Of a stretch of DNA of 64,000 nt, positions 1 to 9,956 are shown one piece after another. Each line of letters opens with the position of its first letter. Within the stretch, counting starts at the first letter, position 1. The DNA is from Anaeromyxobacter sp. (GTDB taxonomy: Bacteria; Myxococcota; Myxococcia; Myxococcales; Anaeromyxobacteraceae). Location: contig JASGJN010000013.1 in assembly GCA_049840735.1 (NCBI GenBank), positions 384,001 to 448,000 of the forward strand, read 5' to 3'. A program made the translations under genes and the position numbers. The notes under the pieces were generated by a model that was not told where the DNA came from, made no database searches, and saw only the letters and a list, made by a program, of their open reading frames with translations.

Positions 1-561
1 CCGGGCCACCGCCTCGAGCCGCTCGCGCAGCCCCACGGCGCGCGCCAGCAGCGGCGCCGGTGCGCCGGCGGCGCGCCCGGCCTCCTCGGTCAGGGTCCAG
101 GTCCGCGCCTGCGCGGTCAGGGAGCTGGCGGCCCTGTCCAGCTCGCGCACCTCGGCGTCCAGCCGCTCGTCCCAGCCGGCCAGCTGGGCCTGGGTCCGGC
201 GCAGGGTCTGCTTGACGTCGCCCAGCGTGCGCGCGTCCAGGTCGGCCAGCGGACCCGGCCCCTTCACCGCGCGGTCCACGTCCGCCTCGGCGGCGGGGAG
301 CCGCTCCGCCACCGGCGCCGCCACGCCGGCTTCCTCCAGCCGGGCCTCGGCGCGCTGCACGCCGCGGTAGGCCTCGTCCGCCGCGTGGATCAGGCCGGTG
401 AGCGGGATGGCGGCAGGGACGGGCGGGGGCGGCTCGGCCGGGCCGAGGGTCACCGGCGGGCTGGCGGTCCCCCCGGCCGCGGCGGCCGCGCCGGGCAGCG
501 CCAGCGCCAGGGCGAGCGCGAGCGGCGCCAGGGCGCGGGTGGACGGGGAGCGGAGGGCCAC
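1..561 (-). CDS. Exported/membrane protein N-terminus (partial, runs off window), possibly a large MscS/MscK-type channel
   Basis: Own translation from GTG 561: signal-peptide-like LAPLALALALALPGAAAA, then helical region (IPLTGLIHAADEAY...LAGWDERLDAEVRELD); no stop seen before window edge. Confidence 0.45.
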   Translation of the reverse strand, partial: MALRSPSTRALAPLALALALALPGAAAAAGGTASPPVTLGPAEPPPPVPAAIPLTGLIHAADEAYRGVQRAEARLEEAGVAAPVAERLPAAEADVDRAVKGPGPLADLDARTLGDVKQTLRRTQAQLAGWDERLDAEVRELDRAASSLTAQARTWTLTEEAGRAAGAPAPLLARAVGLRERLEAVAR

Positions 562-593
562 GGAACGGCTCCGGGTGCGAGGACCCGGCGAGC

Positions 594-1460
594 CTATCCC
601 CTCTTGCCCGCGCCGCCCAGCGAGAGCGCCACCAGCTCCTCCGGCGCGCAGGCGTCCTCGTCCTCCGCGTCCAGCCAGGGGTCCTGGCCGGTCGCCTCGG
701 CGAGCTGCCGCTGCAGCCCGAGGTCGAGCAGGTGCGAGGGCACCACCTTGCCCAGCGCGTGGAGCAGGTTCCCCTTCACGGAGGGGTGCTCGGCGGTCAG
801 CTCCGCCAGCAGCCGCTTCACCCGCTTGCGCCGCAGGTTGGGCTGCGAGCCGCACAGGTCGCAGGGGATGATGGGGAACCGCACCGCCTCGGCGAAGGCG
901 GCGATGTCCTCCTCGGCGGCGTAGCAGAGCGGCCGGATCACCACGTTGCGCCCGTCCTGCGAGCGGAGCCTGGGCGGCATGCTCTTGATGGCGCCGGAGT
1001 AGAGCGCGCTGAGCAAGAGCGTCTCGATGAGGTCGTCGCGGTGGTGGCCCAGGGCGATCTTGGTGCACCCCAGCTCCACCGCCGCGTTGTAGAGCACGCC
1101 CCGGCGCAGCCGCGAGCAGACCGGGCAGGTGGTCTTCCCCTCCGGCACCAGCCGCTTCACGACCGAGTACGTGTCGCGCTGGAGCATGCGGTACTCGACG
1201 CCCACCGACCTGAGGTGCCCCTCCACGACGTGCGCCGGGTAGTCCGGCTGCCCCTGGTCCAGGTTGACGGCCACCAGGTCGAAGTCCACCGGGGCCCGCT
1301 CGCGCAGGCGCATCAGGACGTGGAGGAGGGTGTAGCTGTCCTTGCCGCCGGAGACGGCCACCATGATGCGGTCGCCGTGGCCGATGAGGTCGAAGTCCTG
1401 GATGGCCTGCGAGGCGGCCTTCAGCAGCCGCTTCTCCAGGCGGAGGGTGGTGTCCAGCAT
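594..1460 (-). CDS. ttcA: tRNA 2-thiocytidine(32) synthetase
   Basis: PP-loop [33 protein letters not shown]. Confidence 0.95.
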   Translation of the reverse strand: MLDTTLRLEKRLLKAASQAIQDFDLIGHGDRIMVAVSGGKDSYTLLHVLMRLRERAPVDFDLVAVNLDQGQPDYPAHVVEGHLRSVGVEYRMLQRDTYSVVKRLVPEGKTTCPVCSRLRRGVLYNAAVELGCTKIALGHHRDDLIETLLLSALYSGAIKSMPPRLRSQDGRNVVIRPLCYAAEEDIAAFAEAVRFPIIPCDLCGSQPNLRRKRVKRLLAELTAEHPSVKGNLLHALGKVVPSHLLDLGLQRQLAEATGQDPWLDAEDEDACAPEELVALSLGGAGKRG

Positions 1461-1505
1461 GTCGCTTTCCGGGTCCGGTCCGGCGGCACCGCCGGGGAGG
1501 CGCGA

Positions 1506-1534
1506 ATACTAAGGGGCCCGGCGCCCCCGGTCGA
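1506..1534 (-). promoter_or_regulatory. Putative sigma70 promoter of ttcA
   Basis: Minus strand TCGACC-N17-TAGTAT. Confidence 0.45.
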
Positions 1535-1618
1535 GCGGGGGGGGACCGATTTCCCTTTGACGGCCGCGTGGCCGCTGCGATAAAGGCCCCGACCTTCCGA
1601 ACGGACGGGACAGAGACG

Positions 1619-1882
1619 ATGCCAGTGAAGGATCTCGGCGCCAAGCACACGTGCTTCAAGTGCTCCACGAAGTTCTACGACCTCAAGAAGCCGGCCGCGA
1701 TTTGCCCGAAATGCGGGGCTGATCAGCGCGAGAGCCCAGCGCTCAAGCCCGCCGAGAAGCGGGCTCGCCCGGCCCCTCGCCCGGTGCAGCCCGAGGTCGA
1801 GGAGGTCGAGCTCGACACCGAGCTCGATGACGACGAGGACGACGATGATGACGACGACGACGACGCGGGTGGCGACGAGTAG
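1619..1882 (+). CDS. FYDLN_acid / TIGR02300 family zinc-ribbon acidic protein
   Basis: [26 protein letters not shown] plus poly-Asp/Glu tail. Confidence 0.9.
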   Translation: MPVKDLGAKHTCFKCSTKFYDLKKPAAICPKCGADQRESPALKPAEKRARPAPRPVQPEVEEVELDTELDDDEDDDDDDDDDAGGDE

Positions 1883-2066
1883 AAGTCGCCCCTGGGCTGT
1901 GCGGAGCCCCCCAAAGCGACGTTGACCCCCGAGCAGGCACTGCCTATCTCGGCTGCTGCCCATGCTCGACCTGCATCGGCGGCCACAGCGCCGCACCGCC
2001 CGCACCCCCAATGCGGGCAGTTTGCCACCGTCGTGATCGGACTGCCCTGGTCCCGGCGGGGGTCGC

Positions 2067-2948
2067 GTGACCACCTCCGCGCTCCGAGCCATCGGCATGC
2101 CGCTGGGGCAGGTGAAGGACGTCATCCTGCTCTCCAAGCCGCGCCTCTCGACGCTGGTGATGGTCACCTGCGGCGGGGGCATGTGGCTGGCCCCCGGCCA
2201 CATCACCCCGGCCCGCGCCATCCTGGCCGTGCTGGCCACCGCCGCCGTGGTGGGCGCCGCCAACGCGCTCAACTGCTTCCTCGAGCGCGACGTGGACGCG
2301 CGCATGCGCCGGACCCGCGACCGTCCCCTGCCCGCCGGCCGGCTCGACCCGGTGGTGGCGGTGGCGCTGGGGCTCCTGGTCCCGGTCTTCGCGCTGCCGC
2401 TGCTGGTGCTCTCCGCCGGGCCGGTCACCGCGGCGCTGGCGCTGGTGGCCCTCGTCACCTACGTGCTGGTCTACACGCCCATGAAGCGCCGCTCCTCGCT
2501 GGCGCTGCTGGTGGGCGCGGTGCCGGGGGCCATCCCGCCGCTGATGGGCTGGACCACCGTCACCGGCGGCGTGGGCGCGGGCGGGCTGGCGCTCTTCGCG
2601 CTCCTCTGCGCCTGGCAGCTCCCGCACTTCCTGGCCGTCTCGCTCTACCTCTGCGACGACTACGCGCGCGGCGGCATCCAGGTCTTCGCGCGCGTCCACG
2701 GCGAGCGGCGCACCCGCTGGGCCATCGCCGCCTCCACCCTGCTGCTCCTGCCGGTCTCGCTCCTGCTGGTGCCGCTGGGCGTGGCGGGCACCGGCTACGG
2801 GATCACCGCCGGCGTGCTGGGGACGGCGCTCTCGGCCTACGCGCTGGCCGGGCTGCGGGGCGAGGGCGGCCCCTGGGCCCGCCGCTTCTTCCTGGCCACG
2901 CTGGTCTACCTGACGGCGCTGTTCATTGCGCTGTTCCTCTCCCGGTGA
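2067..2948 (+). CDS. cyoE: Protoheme IX farnesyltransferase (heme o synthase, CtaB/CyoE)
   Basis: LSKPR, NCFLERDVDARMRRTRDRPLP, YTPMKR, GAIPPLMGW, WQLPHF, DDY. Confidence 0.93.
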   Translation: MTTSALRAIGMPLGQVKDVILLSKPRLSTLVMVTCGGGMWLAPGHITPARAILAVLATAAVVGAANALNCFLERDVDARMRRTRDRPLPAGRLDPVVAVALGLLVPVFALPLLVLSAGPVTAALALVALVTYVLVYTPMKRRSSLALLVGAVPGAIPPLMGWTTVTGGVGAGGLALFALLCAWQLPHFLAVSLYLCDDYARGGIQVFARVHGERRTRWAIAASTLLLLPVSLLLVPLGVAGTGYGITAGVLGTALSAYALAGLRGEGGPWARRFFLATLVYLTALFIALFLSR

Positions 2949-2952
2949 GCCC

Positions 2953-3918
2953 GTGCCCGCCGCAGCCACCCCCGCCGCCGCCCCCGCGGCCGCGCCGCGC
3001 CTGGCGCTGGAGGGGCTGACCTTCGCCTACGGCCCGCGCGAGGTGCTGCGCGGCGTCTCGCTGGAGGTGCAGCCCGGGGAGATCTTCGGCCTGCTCGGCC
3101 CCAACGGCGCGGGCAAGTCGACGCTCTTCTCCATCCTGGCCGGCCTGCTCGCGCCGGCCAGCGGCACGCTGCGGCTGGACGGCAGGCCCATCCCGGCCGG
3201 CGCCCGCGCGCTGCGCGCCGCCTCCGGCATCGTCTTCCAGGCGCCCGGCCTGGATGGGAAGCTGGGCGCCGAGGCCAACCTCCGGCTGGCCGCCGCCCTC
3301 CACTGCGTCCCCCGCGCCGACGCCAGGGCGCGCACCGCCCGGCTGCTGGCGGCGGCCGGCCTGGCCGACCGGGCCGGCGAGCCGGTGGAGCGGCTCTCCG
3401 GCGGCCTGCGCCGGCGGGTGGAGCTGGCCCGCGCGCTGGTCCACCGGCCGACGCTGCTGGTGATGGACGAGCCCACCACCGGGCTGGACGCCGGGGCCTT
3501 CCGCACCTTCTGGACCGAGGTGGAGCGGCTGCGGCGCGAGGAGGGGCTGACGGTGGTGCTGGCCACACACCGCCCGGACGAGGCCGAGCGCTGCGACCGC
3601 CTGGCGGTCCTGGCCGGCGGGCGGGTGGTGGCCTGCGAGACACCGGACGCGCTGCGGGCCCGGATCCCGGGCGACGTGGTGGTGGTGGAGGCCGACCAGC
3701 CCGAGGCGGTGGCGGCCGAGATCACCGCGCGGCTGGGGCTGCCGGCCCGCGTGCGCGACGACGGCGTGCACGTGGAGCGCGAGGCCGGCCACGAGCTGGT
3801 GCCGCGGCTGGTGGAGGCCTTCCCGCACGGCCGGCTGCGCGCAATCTCGCTGCGCCGGCCCACGCTGGCCGACGCCTACCTGGCCCTCACCGGCCTGGGG
3901 CTGGAGGAGGCCCCGTGA
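2953..3918 (+). CDS. ABC-2 type transporter ATP-binding protein
   Basis: Walker A GPNGAGKST, LSGG signature, Walker B VMDEPT. Confidence 0.92.
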   Translation: MPAAATPAAAPAAAPRLALEGLTFAYGPREVLRGVSLEVQPGEIFGLLGPNGAGKSTLFSILAGLLAPASGTLRLDGRPIPAGARALRAASGIVFQAPGLDGKLGAEANLRLAAALHCVPRADARARTARLLAAAGLADRAGEPVERLSGGLRRRVELARALVHRPTLLVMDEPTTGLDAGAFRTFWTEVERLRREEGLTVVLATHRPDEAERCDRLAVLAGGRVVACETPDALRARIPGDVVVVEADQPEAVAAEITARLGLPARVRDDGVHVEREAGHELVPRLVEAFPHGRLRAISLRRPTLADAYLALTGLGLEEAP

Positions 3919-4703
3919 CCGGCGCGCTCGCCTACGACCTGGCCACGGTGGGGGTGCTGGCGCGCCGCGACCTGACCCGCTTCTTCCGCCAGCCCTCGCG
4001 CCTGCTGGGCGCGCTGGGCCAGCCGGTCATCTTCTGGGTGGTGATCGGCGGGGGCATGTCCGGCACCTTCCGGATGGACGGCGGCGGGCCCGGCTACCTG
4101 GCCTACTTCTACCCGGGCGTGGTGATGATGGTGGTCCTGTTCGCGGCCATCTTCACCACCGTCTCGGTGATCGAGGACCGCCACCGCGGGTTCCTCCAGA
4201 CGGTGCTGGCCGGCCCCGGCTCGCGCGGCGCGCTGGTGCTGGGCAAGTCGCTGGGCTCGGCCTCGGTGGCGCTCTCGCAGGCGGCGCTCTTCCTGCTGCT
4301 GGCCCCGCTGGCCGGCGTGGCCTATGGCGCGGTGGACTGGCCGCTGCTGGTGGCGGCGCTGGGGCTGTGCGCGCTGGGGCTGGCCGCGCTCGGGTTCGCG
4401 GTGGCCTGGGCGGTGGACAACGTGCAGGGCTACCACGCCATCCAGATGACCCTGCTGGTGCCGCTGTGGGTCATCTCCGGGGCCATGTTCCCGGTGCCGT
4501 CCGGGAGCGGCGTCCTCTCCACCGCGATGCGCTGGAACCCGGTCTCCTACGCCGTCTCGGCGGCGCGGCGTGCCATGGGAGGCCCGGACGCGCCCGGCGC
4601 CCTGCCCGGCGGCGCCGCCCGCGACCTGCTGGTCTGCGCCGCCTTCGCCGCCGTCGCGCTGGCGCTGGCCGCCCTCGCCGCCCGCAAGGCCCCCCGCCCA
4701 TGA
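3915..4703 (+). CDS. ABC-2 type permease
   Basis: About six hydrophobic segments, SGAMFP, NPVSY; 4-bp overlap with the ATPase gene. Confidence 0.9.
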   Translation: MTGALAYDLATVGVLARRDLTRFFRQPSRLLGALGQPVIFWVVIGGGMSGTFRMDGGGPGYLAYFYPGVVMMVVLFAAIFTTVSVIEDRHRGFLQTVLAGPGSRGALVLGKSLGSASVALSQAALFLLLAPLAGVAYGAVDWPLLVAALGLCALGLAALGFAVAWAVDNVQGYHAIQMTLLVPLWVISGAMFPVPSGSGVLSTAMRWNPVSYAVSAARRAMGGPDAPGALPGGAARDLLVCAAFAAVALALAALAARKAPRP

Positions 4704-5137
4704 CCCTCGCCGAGCTGCTCCCCCGCCTCAACGCCACCCTGAACGGCCTGGCCGGCCTGCTGCTCCTGGCCGGCTGGCTGGCCATCCGCAGCGGCGCGCG
4801 CGGGCTGCACCAGCGGCTCATGCTGGCGGCCTTCTCCTGCTCGGCGCTGTTCCTGGTGAGCTACCTCACCCGCGTGGCCCTGACCGGCGTGCACCCGTAC
4901 CCGGGCCAGGGCGCGCTGCGCACCTTCTACCTGGCGCTGCTCGGCTCGCACACGCTGCTGGCCGCGCTGGCGCTGCCGCTGGTGCTCCGCACGCTCTTCC
5001 TGGCCGTGAACGCGCGCTTCGCCGAGCACCGGCGCATCGCCCGCGTCACCTTCCCGGTCTGGCTCTACGTCTCGGTCACCGGCGTGGCGGTGTACGCCAT
5101 GCTCTACGAGGTGGCGCCGCGGCTGGCGGCGCCCTGA
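4700..5137 (+). CDS. DUF420 membrane protein
   Basis: LPRLNATLN, HQRLMLAAF, LFLVSYL, SHTLLA, HRRIAR..FPVWLYVSVTG; ATGA overlap. Confidence 0.88.
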   Translation: MTLAELLPRLNATLNGLAGLLLLAGWLAIRSGARGLHQRLMLAAFSCSALFLVSYLTRVALTGVHPYPGQGALRTFYLALLGSHTLLAALALPLVLRTLFLAVNARFAEHRRIARVTFPVWLYVSVTGVAVYAMLYEVAPRLAAP

Positions 5138-5138
5138 G

Positions 5139-7385
5139 TCACTGCCCGATCAGCTTCGCCGCCTCGGCCACGTGCGGTGCGGCCGGGCAGGACTTCACGT
5201 AGGCGTCGAGCCGCCGCTTGCCGGTGTCGGTGAGGCCGGCCTCGGCCTCCAGCTTGCCGGCGCCCCAGAGCGCGTCGCAGCTGGCCGGGTCGCGCTCCAG
5301 CGCCTTCTCGTAGAGGTCCTTGAGCAGGGCCGGCCTGGCGCTGCGCGAGCGCTCGGCGTCGGCCATCTCGACGTAGGCCGCCGCCGCCCCGCCGCCGCCG
5401 CCGGCGCCGTACTCGTCGATGGCGGTGGTCAGCTCGACCAGCGCGCCGGGGATGTTGCCCTGGGCCCGGAAGAGCCGGGCCAGCGCCACGCGCGCGTCCG
5501 GGAACGGCTTCTGCAGCTGCATGGCCTTCTCGTACTGGCCGCGGGCCAGGTCGGCGTCGCCGGCCGCGCGGTAGGCGTCGCCCAGCAGCAGCGAGAGCCG
5601 CGGGTGGTCGCCGAGCCGCGTCACCGCGCGCTTCAGCGTCTCCAGCGCCTGCGGCGCGCCGCCGTCGCGGGCCAGCTGCGCGCGCACCAGGTCGGCCAGC
5701 AGCGACACGCGGCGGTTGTCGAGCGCCACCGCGCGCTGGAAGGCCTCCACCGCCGCGGCGGCGTCGCCGGCCCGCAGCTTGCGGACGCCCACCAGCCAGG
5801 GCAGGTCCGGGTTCTGCGGGTCGAGCTTGGCCGCCTCGGCCTCCTCGGCGGCGGCTTCCGAGGCCTTGCCGCGGGCCGCCAGCGCGCCGCCGCGGATGGC
5901 GTGCGCCAGCGCCTGCTGCGGCTTCGAGGCCTTGTCCGGCGCGGCCAGCACCAGGTCCGCGGCGCGGCCGGCCTCGTCGGCCTGCCCGCGCCCCAGCAGC
6001 ACCAGCGCCTTGCCCAGCACCGAGGGCAGGTGGTCCTTCTGGATGCGCAGCGCGTAGTCGTAGTAGCCGGACGCCTGCAGCTCGTACCCCTCGCCGCGCC
6101 GGCGGTACTGCTCGGCGATGAGCCAGGCGGTGCGGGCGTCGCCCGGGTTCATCTTCTGCGCCTTGGAGAGCGCGTCCCGCGCCGCGTCCAGCTCGCCCTG
6201 CTGGATCAGCACCGCGCCCAGCACCGCGGTGACGAAGGGGCTCTGCTGATCGCCCTGCAGCACCTGCTCCAGCCCCTCGCGCGCGGCCGCCACGTCGCCG
6301 GAGCGGGCCGCCAGGTAGGCCTGGGCCGCCACCAGGTGCGAGTGGGCGTGGCCCGGGTCGGCGCGCACGCCGGCCTCGAGGTGGGCCGCCGCCTCCTTCT
6401 TGAGGGCGTCGCCGCCGCCGTGCTCGGCCCAGAGCAGCGCGTCCACGTAGGCCAGGTAGGCGTGGCCGGCCTGCGAGCCCGGGTCGGCCTCGAGGATCTG
6501 CTCGCAGTTGCGCTGCGCGTCCAGGTAGGCCGGGTAGGCGTCGCGGTCGATCCCGTCCTTCACGTCCTTGAGCAGCCGCGCCACGGTCTCGGCCTGCGCC
6601 TTGCGCGCCTGCTGCCAGAGCAGCCAGCCGCCCAGCGCCACCGCCAGCACCGCCAGCAGCCCCAGCGTGGAGAGGAGCGCCTTGTGCCCCTTGCGCGCGT
6701 GGCCGTGGCGCTGGCCGTGCGGGATCTGGAAGGACTGGGTGCCGTACTTGCGCGCCAGCTCCTCCGCGTAGGCCACGTCCTGCGAGCGGCGCGAGGGGAC
6801 CGGCGTGGGGATGGGCACGTCCACCGACGGCTCGGCCACGTAGGGCGCGGGCGCGGCGGCGGCACCGGCCGCCACGCGCGGCGCGACCGGCGGGCCACCC
6901 GCGGCGGGCGCGGCGGCGGGCGCGGCGGCGGGCGCGGCGGGCGCGGGCGGGCGCGGGGCCGCGAAGACGATGCCGTGCCTGGACAGCAGCGCGCGCACCT
7001 CGGGGTCCTCCGGCGCCGCCTCGGCGGCGCGCCGCAGCGCGGCCTCGCCGGCGTCGCGCTCGCCCAGCCGCAGGTGGAGCTCGGCCGCCAGCAGGTTGGC
7101 CGCGACGAAGGCCGGGAAGGCGGCCAGCACCGCGCCGACCTCCTCGAGCGCCTTCCGATCCTTGCCCTGCGCCGCGATGACGCGGGCCAGGAGCACTCGA
7201 GCGCTCGGATCGTCCGGGTGCGCCTTCACGCCCTTCTTGCAGACGACCATCGCCTCCATGAGGCGGTTCGCCCCGAGGTAGGCCTCGGTCAGCGGTCGGT
7301 AGGCGTCCGAGCCGGGCTCGGAGGCGAAGGCGTGCTCCAGCGCTGAGATCTCTGCAGGGGTGAGCGGTCTTCCGGAGGTAGCCAT
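5139..7385 (-). CDS. Bitopic tetratricopeptide-repeat protein
   Basis: N-terminal TPRs, Pro/Ala linker, one TM helix (LLSTLGLLAVLAVALGGWLLW), long C-terminal TPR array. Confidence 0.8.
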   Translation of the reverse strand: MATSGRPLTPAEISALEHAFASEPGSDAYRPLTEAYLGANRLMEAMVVCKKGVKAHPDDPSARVLLARVIAAQGKDRKALEEVGAVLAAFPAFVAANLLAAELHLRLGERDAGEAALRRAAEAAPEDPEVRALLSRHGIVFAAPRPPAPAAPAAAPAAAPAAGGPPVAPRVAAGAAAAPAPYVAEPSVDVPIPTPVPSRRSQDVAYAEELARKYGTQSFQIPHGQRHGHARKGHKALLSTLGLLAVLAVALGGWLLWQQARKAQAETVARLLKDVKDGIDRDAYPAYLDAQRNCEQILEADPGSQAGHAYLAYVDALLWAEHGGGDALKKEAAAHLEAGVRADPGHAHSHLVAAQAYLAARSGDVAAAREGLEQVLQGDQQSPFVTAVLGAVLIQQGELDAARDALSKAQKMNPGDARTAWLIAEQYRRRGEGYELQASGYYDYALRIQKDHLPSVLGKALVLLGRGQADEAGRAADLVLAAPDKASKPQQALAHAIRGGALAARGKASEAAAEEAEAAKLDPQNPDLPWLVGVRKLRAGDAAAAVEAFQRAVALDNRRVSLLADLVRAQLARDGGAPQALETLKRAVTRLGDHPRLSLLLGDAYRAAGDADLARGQYEKAMQLQKPFPDARVALARLFRAQGNIPGALVELTTAIDEYGAGGGGGAAAAYVEMADAERSRSARPALLKDLYEKALERDPASCDALWGAGKLEAEAGLTDTGKRRLDAYVKSCPAAPHVAEAAKLIGQ

Positions 7386-7425
7386 CTCACGGGACACCAT
7401 AGCATCCGGCCGGGCCAAACGGAGC

Positions 7426-7455
7426 TTGACACCTCCTGGCCCGAACCGTTAGAGA
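7426..7455 (+). promoter_or_regulatory. Putative sigma70 promoter of the tRNA
   Basis: Perfect TTGACA at 7426, weak -10 (TAGAGA) 18 bp downstream. Confidence 0.5.
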
Positions 7456-7487
7456 GAGCGTCCCTCGTGACCTCGGGGGAAGCTTCG

Positions 7488-7564
<77 letters not shown>

Positions 7565-7570
7565 GTACCG

Positions 7571-7600
7571 AAGAGGCCCGGCGGAAACGCCGGGCCTCTT
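7571..7600. terminator. Intrinsic terminator hairpin between tRNA and convergent mscS
   Basis: AAGAGGCCCGGCG-GAAA-CGCCGGGCCTCTT, perfect 13-bp stem. Confidence 0.85.
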
Positions 7601-7631
7601 CTCCTTCTGGTCTACCTGCTCGCACCTTGCG

Positions 7632-8918
7632 TCACACCGGCGCCTGGGGCGGTCGCCCGCCCGGGCGGCTGGCCTGGCGGCCGTCCACCAGCTCCACCGT
7701 GCGGGTGGGGAAGGCGAAGCTGGTCCCGGCCTGCTCCACCACCTCCATGAACCGGAGGTAGAGCGCCTGGCGGATGCGCGTGAACTCGGCCCAGTCGGTG
7801 GTGGTGAACCAGGCCACCACCTCCACGTTGAGCGACGAGTCCCTGAACTCGGTGAAGCGCACGCTGCAGGACTCGCTCCAGAACTTCGGCTCGGCCCGCA
7901 GCGCCGCCTCCACCCCCTCCAGCACCGCCTTCATCTGCGCGGCGCTGGTGTCGTAGGCCAGCCCCAGGTTCACGAACAGCCGGCAGCGATCGCGCGCCGC
8001 GAAGGTCTCCGTGCGCGTGTCGGCCAGCTTGCCGTTGGGGATGGTGACCAGGGTGCGGTCCTGCGTGCGGATGCGGGTGGAGCGCATGCCGATGGCCTCC
8101 ACCGTCCCCGACACGTCCTCCACCTTGACGAAGTCCCCCACCCGGAACGGCTGGTCCACGCCGATGGCGAGCGAGCCGAACAGGTTCTCGACCGTCTTCT
8201 GCGCGGCCAGGGCCAGCGCGATGCCGCCGATGCCGAGGCCGGCCAGCAGGCTCGCCACCTGGAACCCCAGCTCGCTCAGCACCGCCACGGCGCCGATGGC
8301 CAGCAGCACCAGCTTGGAGACCTTGCGCCCCAGCGGCAGCAACCCGACCAGCCCGGCGTTGGTGCGGGTCCAGGGCGCCTCCGCCAGCGCCGAGAAGGCC
8401 ACCTCCACCGCCCGGAACCCGGCCCAGAAGACCACCAGGTAGGTGAGGGCCCGCAGGATCCGCTCCAGCCCGGCCTCGGCGCCGCCGGAGAGCATCAGCC
8501 ACGGGGAGAGGAGCGTGATCACGCCCAGGCCCCACATCGCGGTCAGCGGCCCGGCCACGCGGTCGAGCAGCAGGTCGTCCCAGTTCGTGCGCGTGCGCGC
8601 CGCCAGGTGGCCCAGCGCGCGCCGGGTGGCCCACCCCAGCAGCGAGCCGAGGACGTAGGCCACGATCACCACCAGCGGCAGCCCCAGCCACTGCCACCAG
8701 AGCAGGCCGGCCGGGCCGGGCCGGCGCAGGGCCGGCGGCAGGTGCTCCTCGAAGAACGGGCGGGCCTCGACGCCGAGCCGCTGCAGCGCCTCGGCCTGGC
8801 GCGCCCGGGACGTCTCGGCCGCGGCGGCGGGCTCCTGCGCCGCGGCGGCCGGCGCCGGGGCGAAGGGCAGGAGCAGGGCGAGTGACAGGGCCGCGCGGGC
8901 CAGGGAGTGGTGGCTCAT
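7632..8918 (-). CDS. Small-conductance mechanosensitive channel (MscS family)
   Basis: LLAGLGIGGIALALAAQKTVENLFG, PFRVGD, GTVEAIGMRSTRIRT, IPN, FAFPT. Confidence 0.92.
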   Translation of the reverse strand: MSHHSLARAALSLALLLPFAPAPAAAAQEPAAAAETSRARQAEALQRLGVEARPFFEEHLPPALRRPGPAGLLWWQWLGLPLVVIVAYVLGSLLGWATRRALGHLAARTRTNWDDLLLDRVAGPLTAMWGLGVITLLSPWLMLSGGAEAGLERILRALTYLVVFWAGFRAVEVAFSALAEAPWTRTNAGLVGLLPLGRKVSKLVLLAIGAVAVLSELGFQVASLLAGLGIGGIALALAAQKTVENLFGSLAIGVDQPFRVGDFVKVEDVSGTVEAIGMRSTRIRTQDRTLVTIPNGKLADTRTETFAARDRCRLFVNLGLAYDTSAAQMKAVLEGVEAALRAEPKFWSESCSVRFTEFRDSSLNVEVVAWFTTTDWAEFTRIRQALYLRFMEVVEQAGTSFAFPTRTVELVDGRQASRPGGRPPQAPV

Positions 8919-9008
8919 GGCCGCGCGAGGATAGCGCGGGCGGCCGGCGCCAGGCGGGTTAGATTGCCGCCGTGGCGCGGCCTCCGCCGGCGCCCGGAGG
9001 AGCCAGGG

Positions 9009-9284
9009 ATGCCGCGCGTCACCGACGAGTCGTTCCCCGAGGGCACCGAGCTGGTGCGCGTCTACCTGGCCGGGAGCGTGGCCGAGGCGGAGAAGGTGGA
9101 GCGCGTGCTGGAGGAGCTGGGCGCCACCTGGGTGGCGGAGCCGGAGACCTACGCCGCGCGCAACCTGCTCGGGTTCGGCTCCGAGCGGAAGGGCGTCGGC
9201 ATCTGGATCGAGACCGACGCCCTGGACCGCTGCGCCGACGCGCTCGAGCAGGCGCGCCTGGTGGCCGGGCTGGTGGAGCGCTGA
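9009..9284 (+). CDS. Small hypothetical protein (DUF2007-like)
   Basis: GGAGG before ATG; VYLAGSVAEAEKVERVLEELG pattern. Confidence 0.6.
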   Translation: MPRVTDESFPEGTELVRVYLAGSVAEAEKVERVLEELGATWVAEPETYAARNLLGFGSERKGVGIWIETDALDRCADALEQARLVAGLVER

Positions 9285-9314
9285 GATCGCGCGGGCGCCG
9301 CGCCCTGCCGCCGC

Positions 9315-9659
9315 TCAGCCCCTGGTCTTGGGCACCGGCTTGCCCTTCTCGAAGGCCGCGTTCTCGCCGAACTTGGCGACGATCTTCTTCTTGGTGTCGA
9401 GGCCGGTCTGCTCGATCACGAAGGTCGGCACGCGGCGGGCCCGGGCGTCGGCCACCCAGCGCGTGATCTCGGTGCGCGGGCGGCGGGCGGCGGCGGCGCG
9501 GGCGCGCGGGGCGCCCTTCCCGGCCAGCTCGCGCTCCAGCCCCTGCTGCACCAGGTCGCCGACCTGGCGCGCGATGGCGGCCGACACGCGCGCCACGACG
9601 CGGTCGGCGGTCTCGCGGATGATGGCCTCGATGGACTGCTCGCGGGCGGGTCTGGGCAT
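9315..9659 (-). CDS. Small basic hypothetical protein (114 aa)
   Basis: MPRPAREQSIEAIIRE...; GAGGGA upstream; typical codon usage. Confidence 0.75.
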   Translation of the reverse strand: MPRPAREQSIEAIIRETADRVVARVSAAIARQVGDLVQQGLERELAGKGAPRARAAAARRPRTEITRWVADARARRVPTFVIEQTGLDTKKKIVAKFGENAAFEKGKPVPKTRG

Positions 9660-9913
9660 GTGTGGATCCCTCGGTGGTTGGAGGCGGGCGCCACCATAAC
9701 GCCTGCCCGCGCAATGTCCATGATTGGTTCGTGATTGCGAATGGGAGCTCCGGCGGGGCCGGAGGACAATCCTCCCCCGCCACGCCGCCGTTGCCCCTCC
9801 GCGCCACGCCCCCGACGGAGGGCCCCGTGGACCGGGGACGGCGCGCCGCCACCCCGGTGACGGCGGGGTGATATCTGCGGCCGCAAGCGACCGGATCCAG
9901 AGCCGATCGAGGC

Positions 9914-9929
9914 TGGCACGGCGCGTGCT
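9914..9929 (+). promoter_or_regulatory. Sigma54 (-24/-12) promoter
   Basis: TGGCACGGCGCGTGCT, GG and GC 12 bp apart, about 27 bp upstream of ATG 9957. Confidence 0.65.
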
Positions 9930-9956
9930 TTTGCGCGGGTCCAGGAGACGACGTTC

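Noticed and set aside
1826..1865. GAC/GAT microsatellite, also Gly repeats at 36455-36545 and Pro/Ala repeats at 6890-6955
   Set aside because: These encode ordinary low-complexity protein tails or linkers
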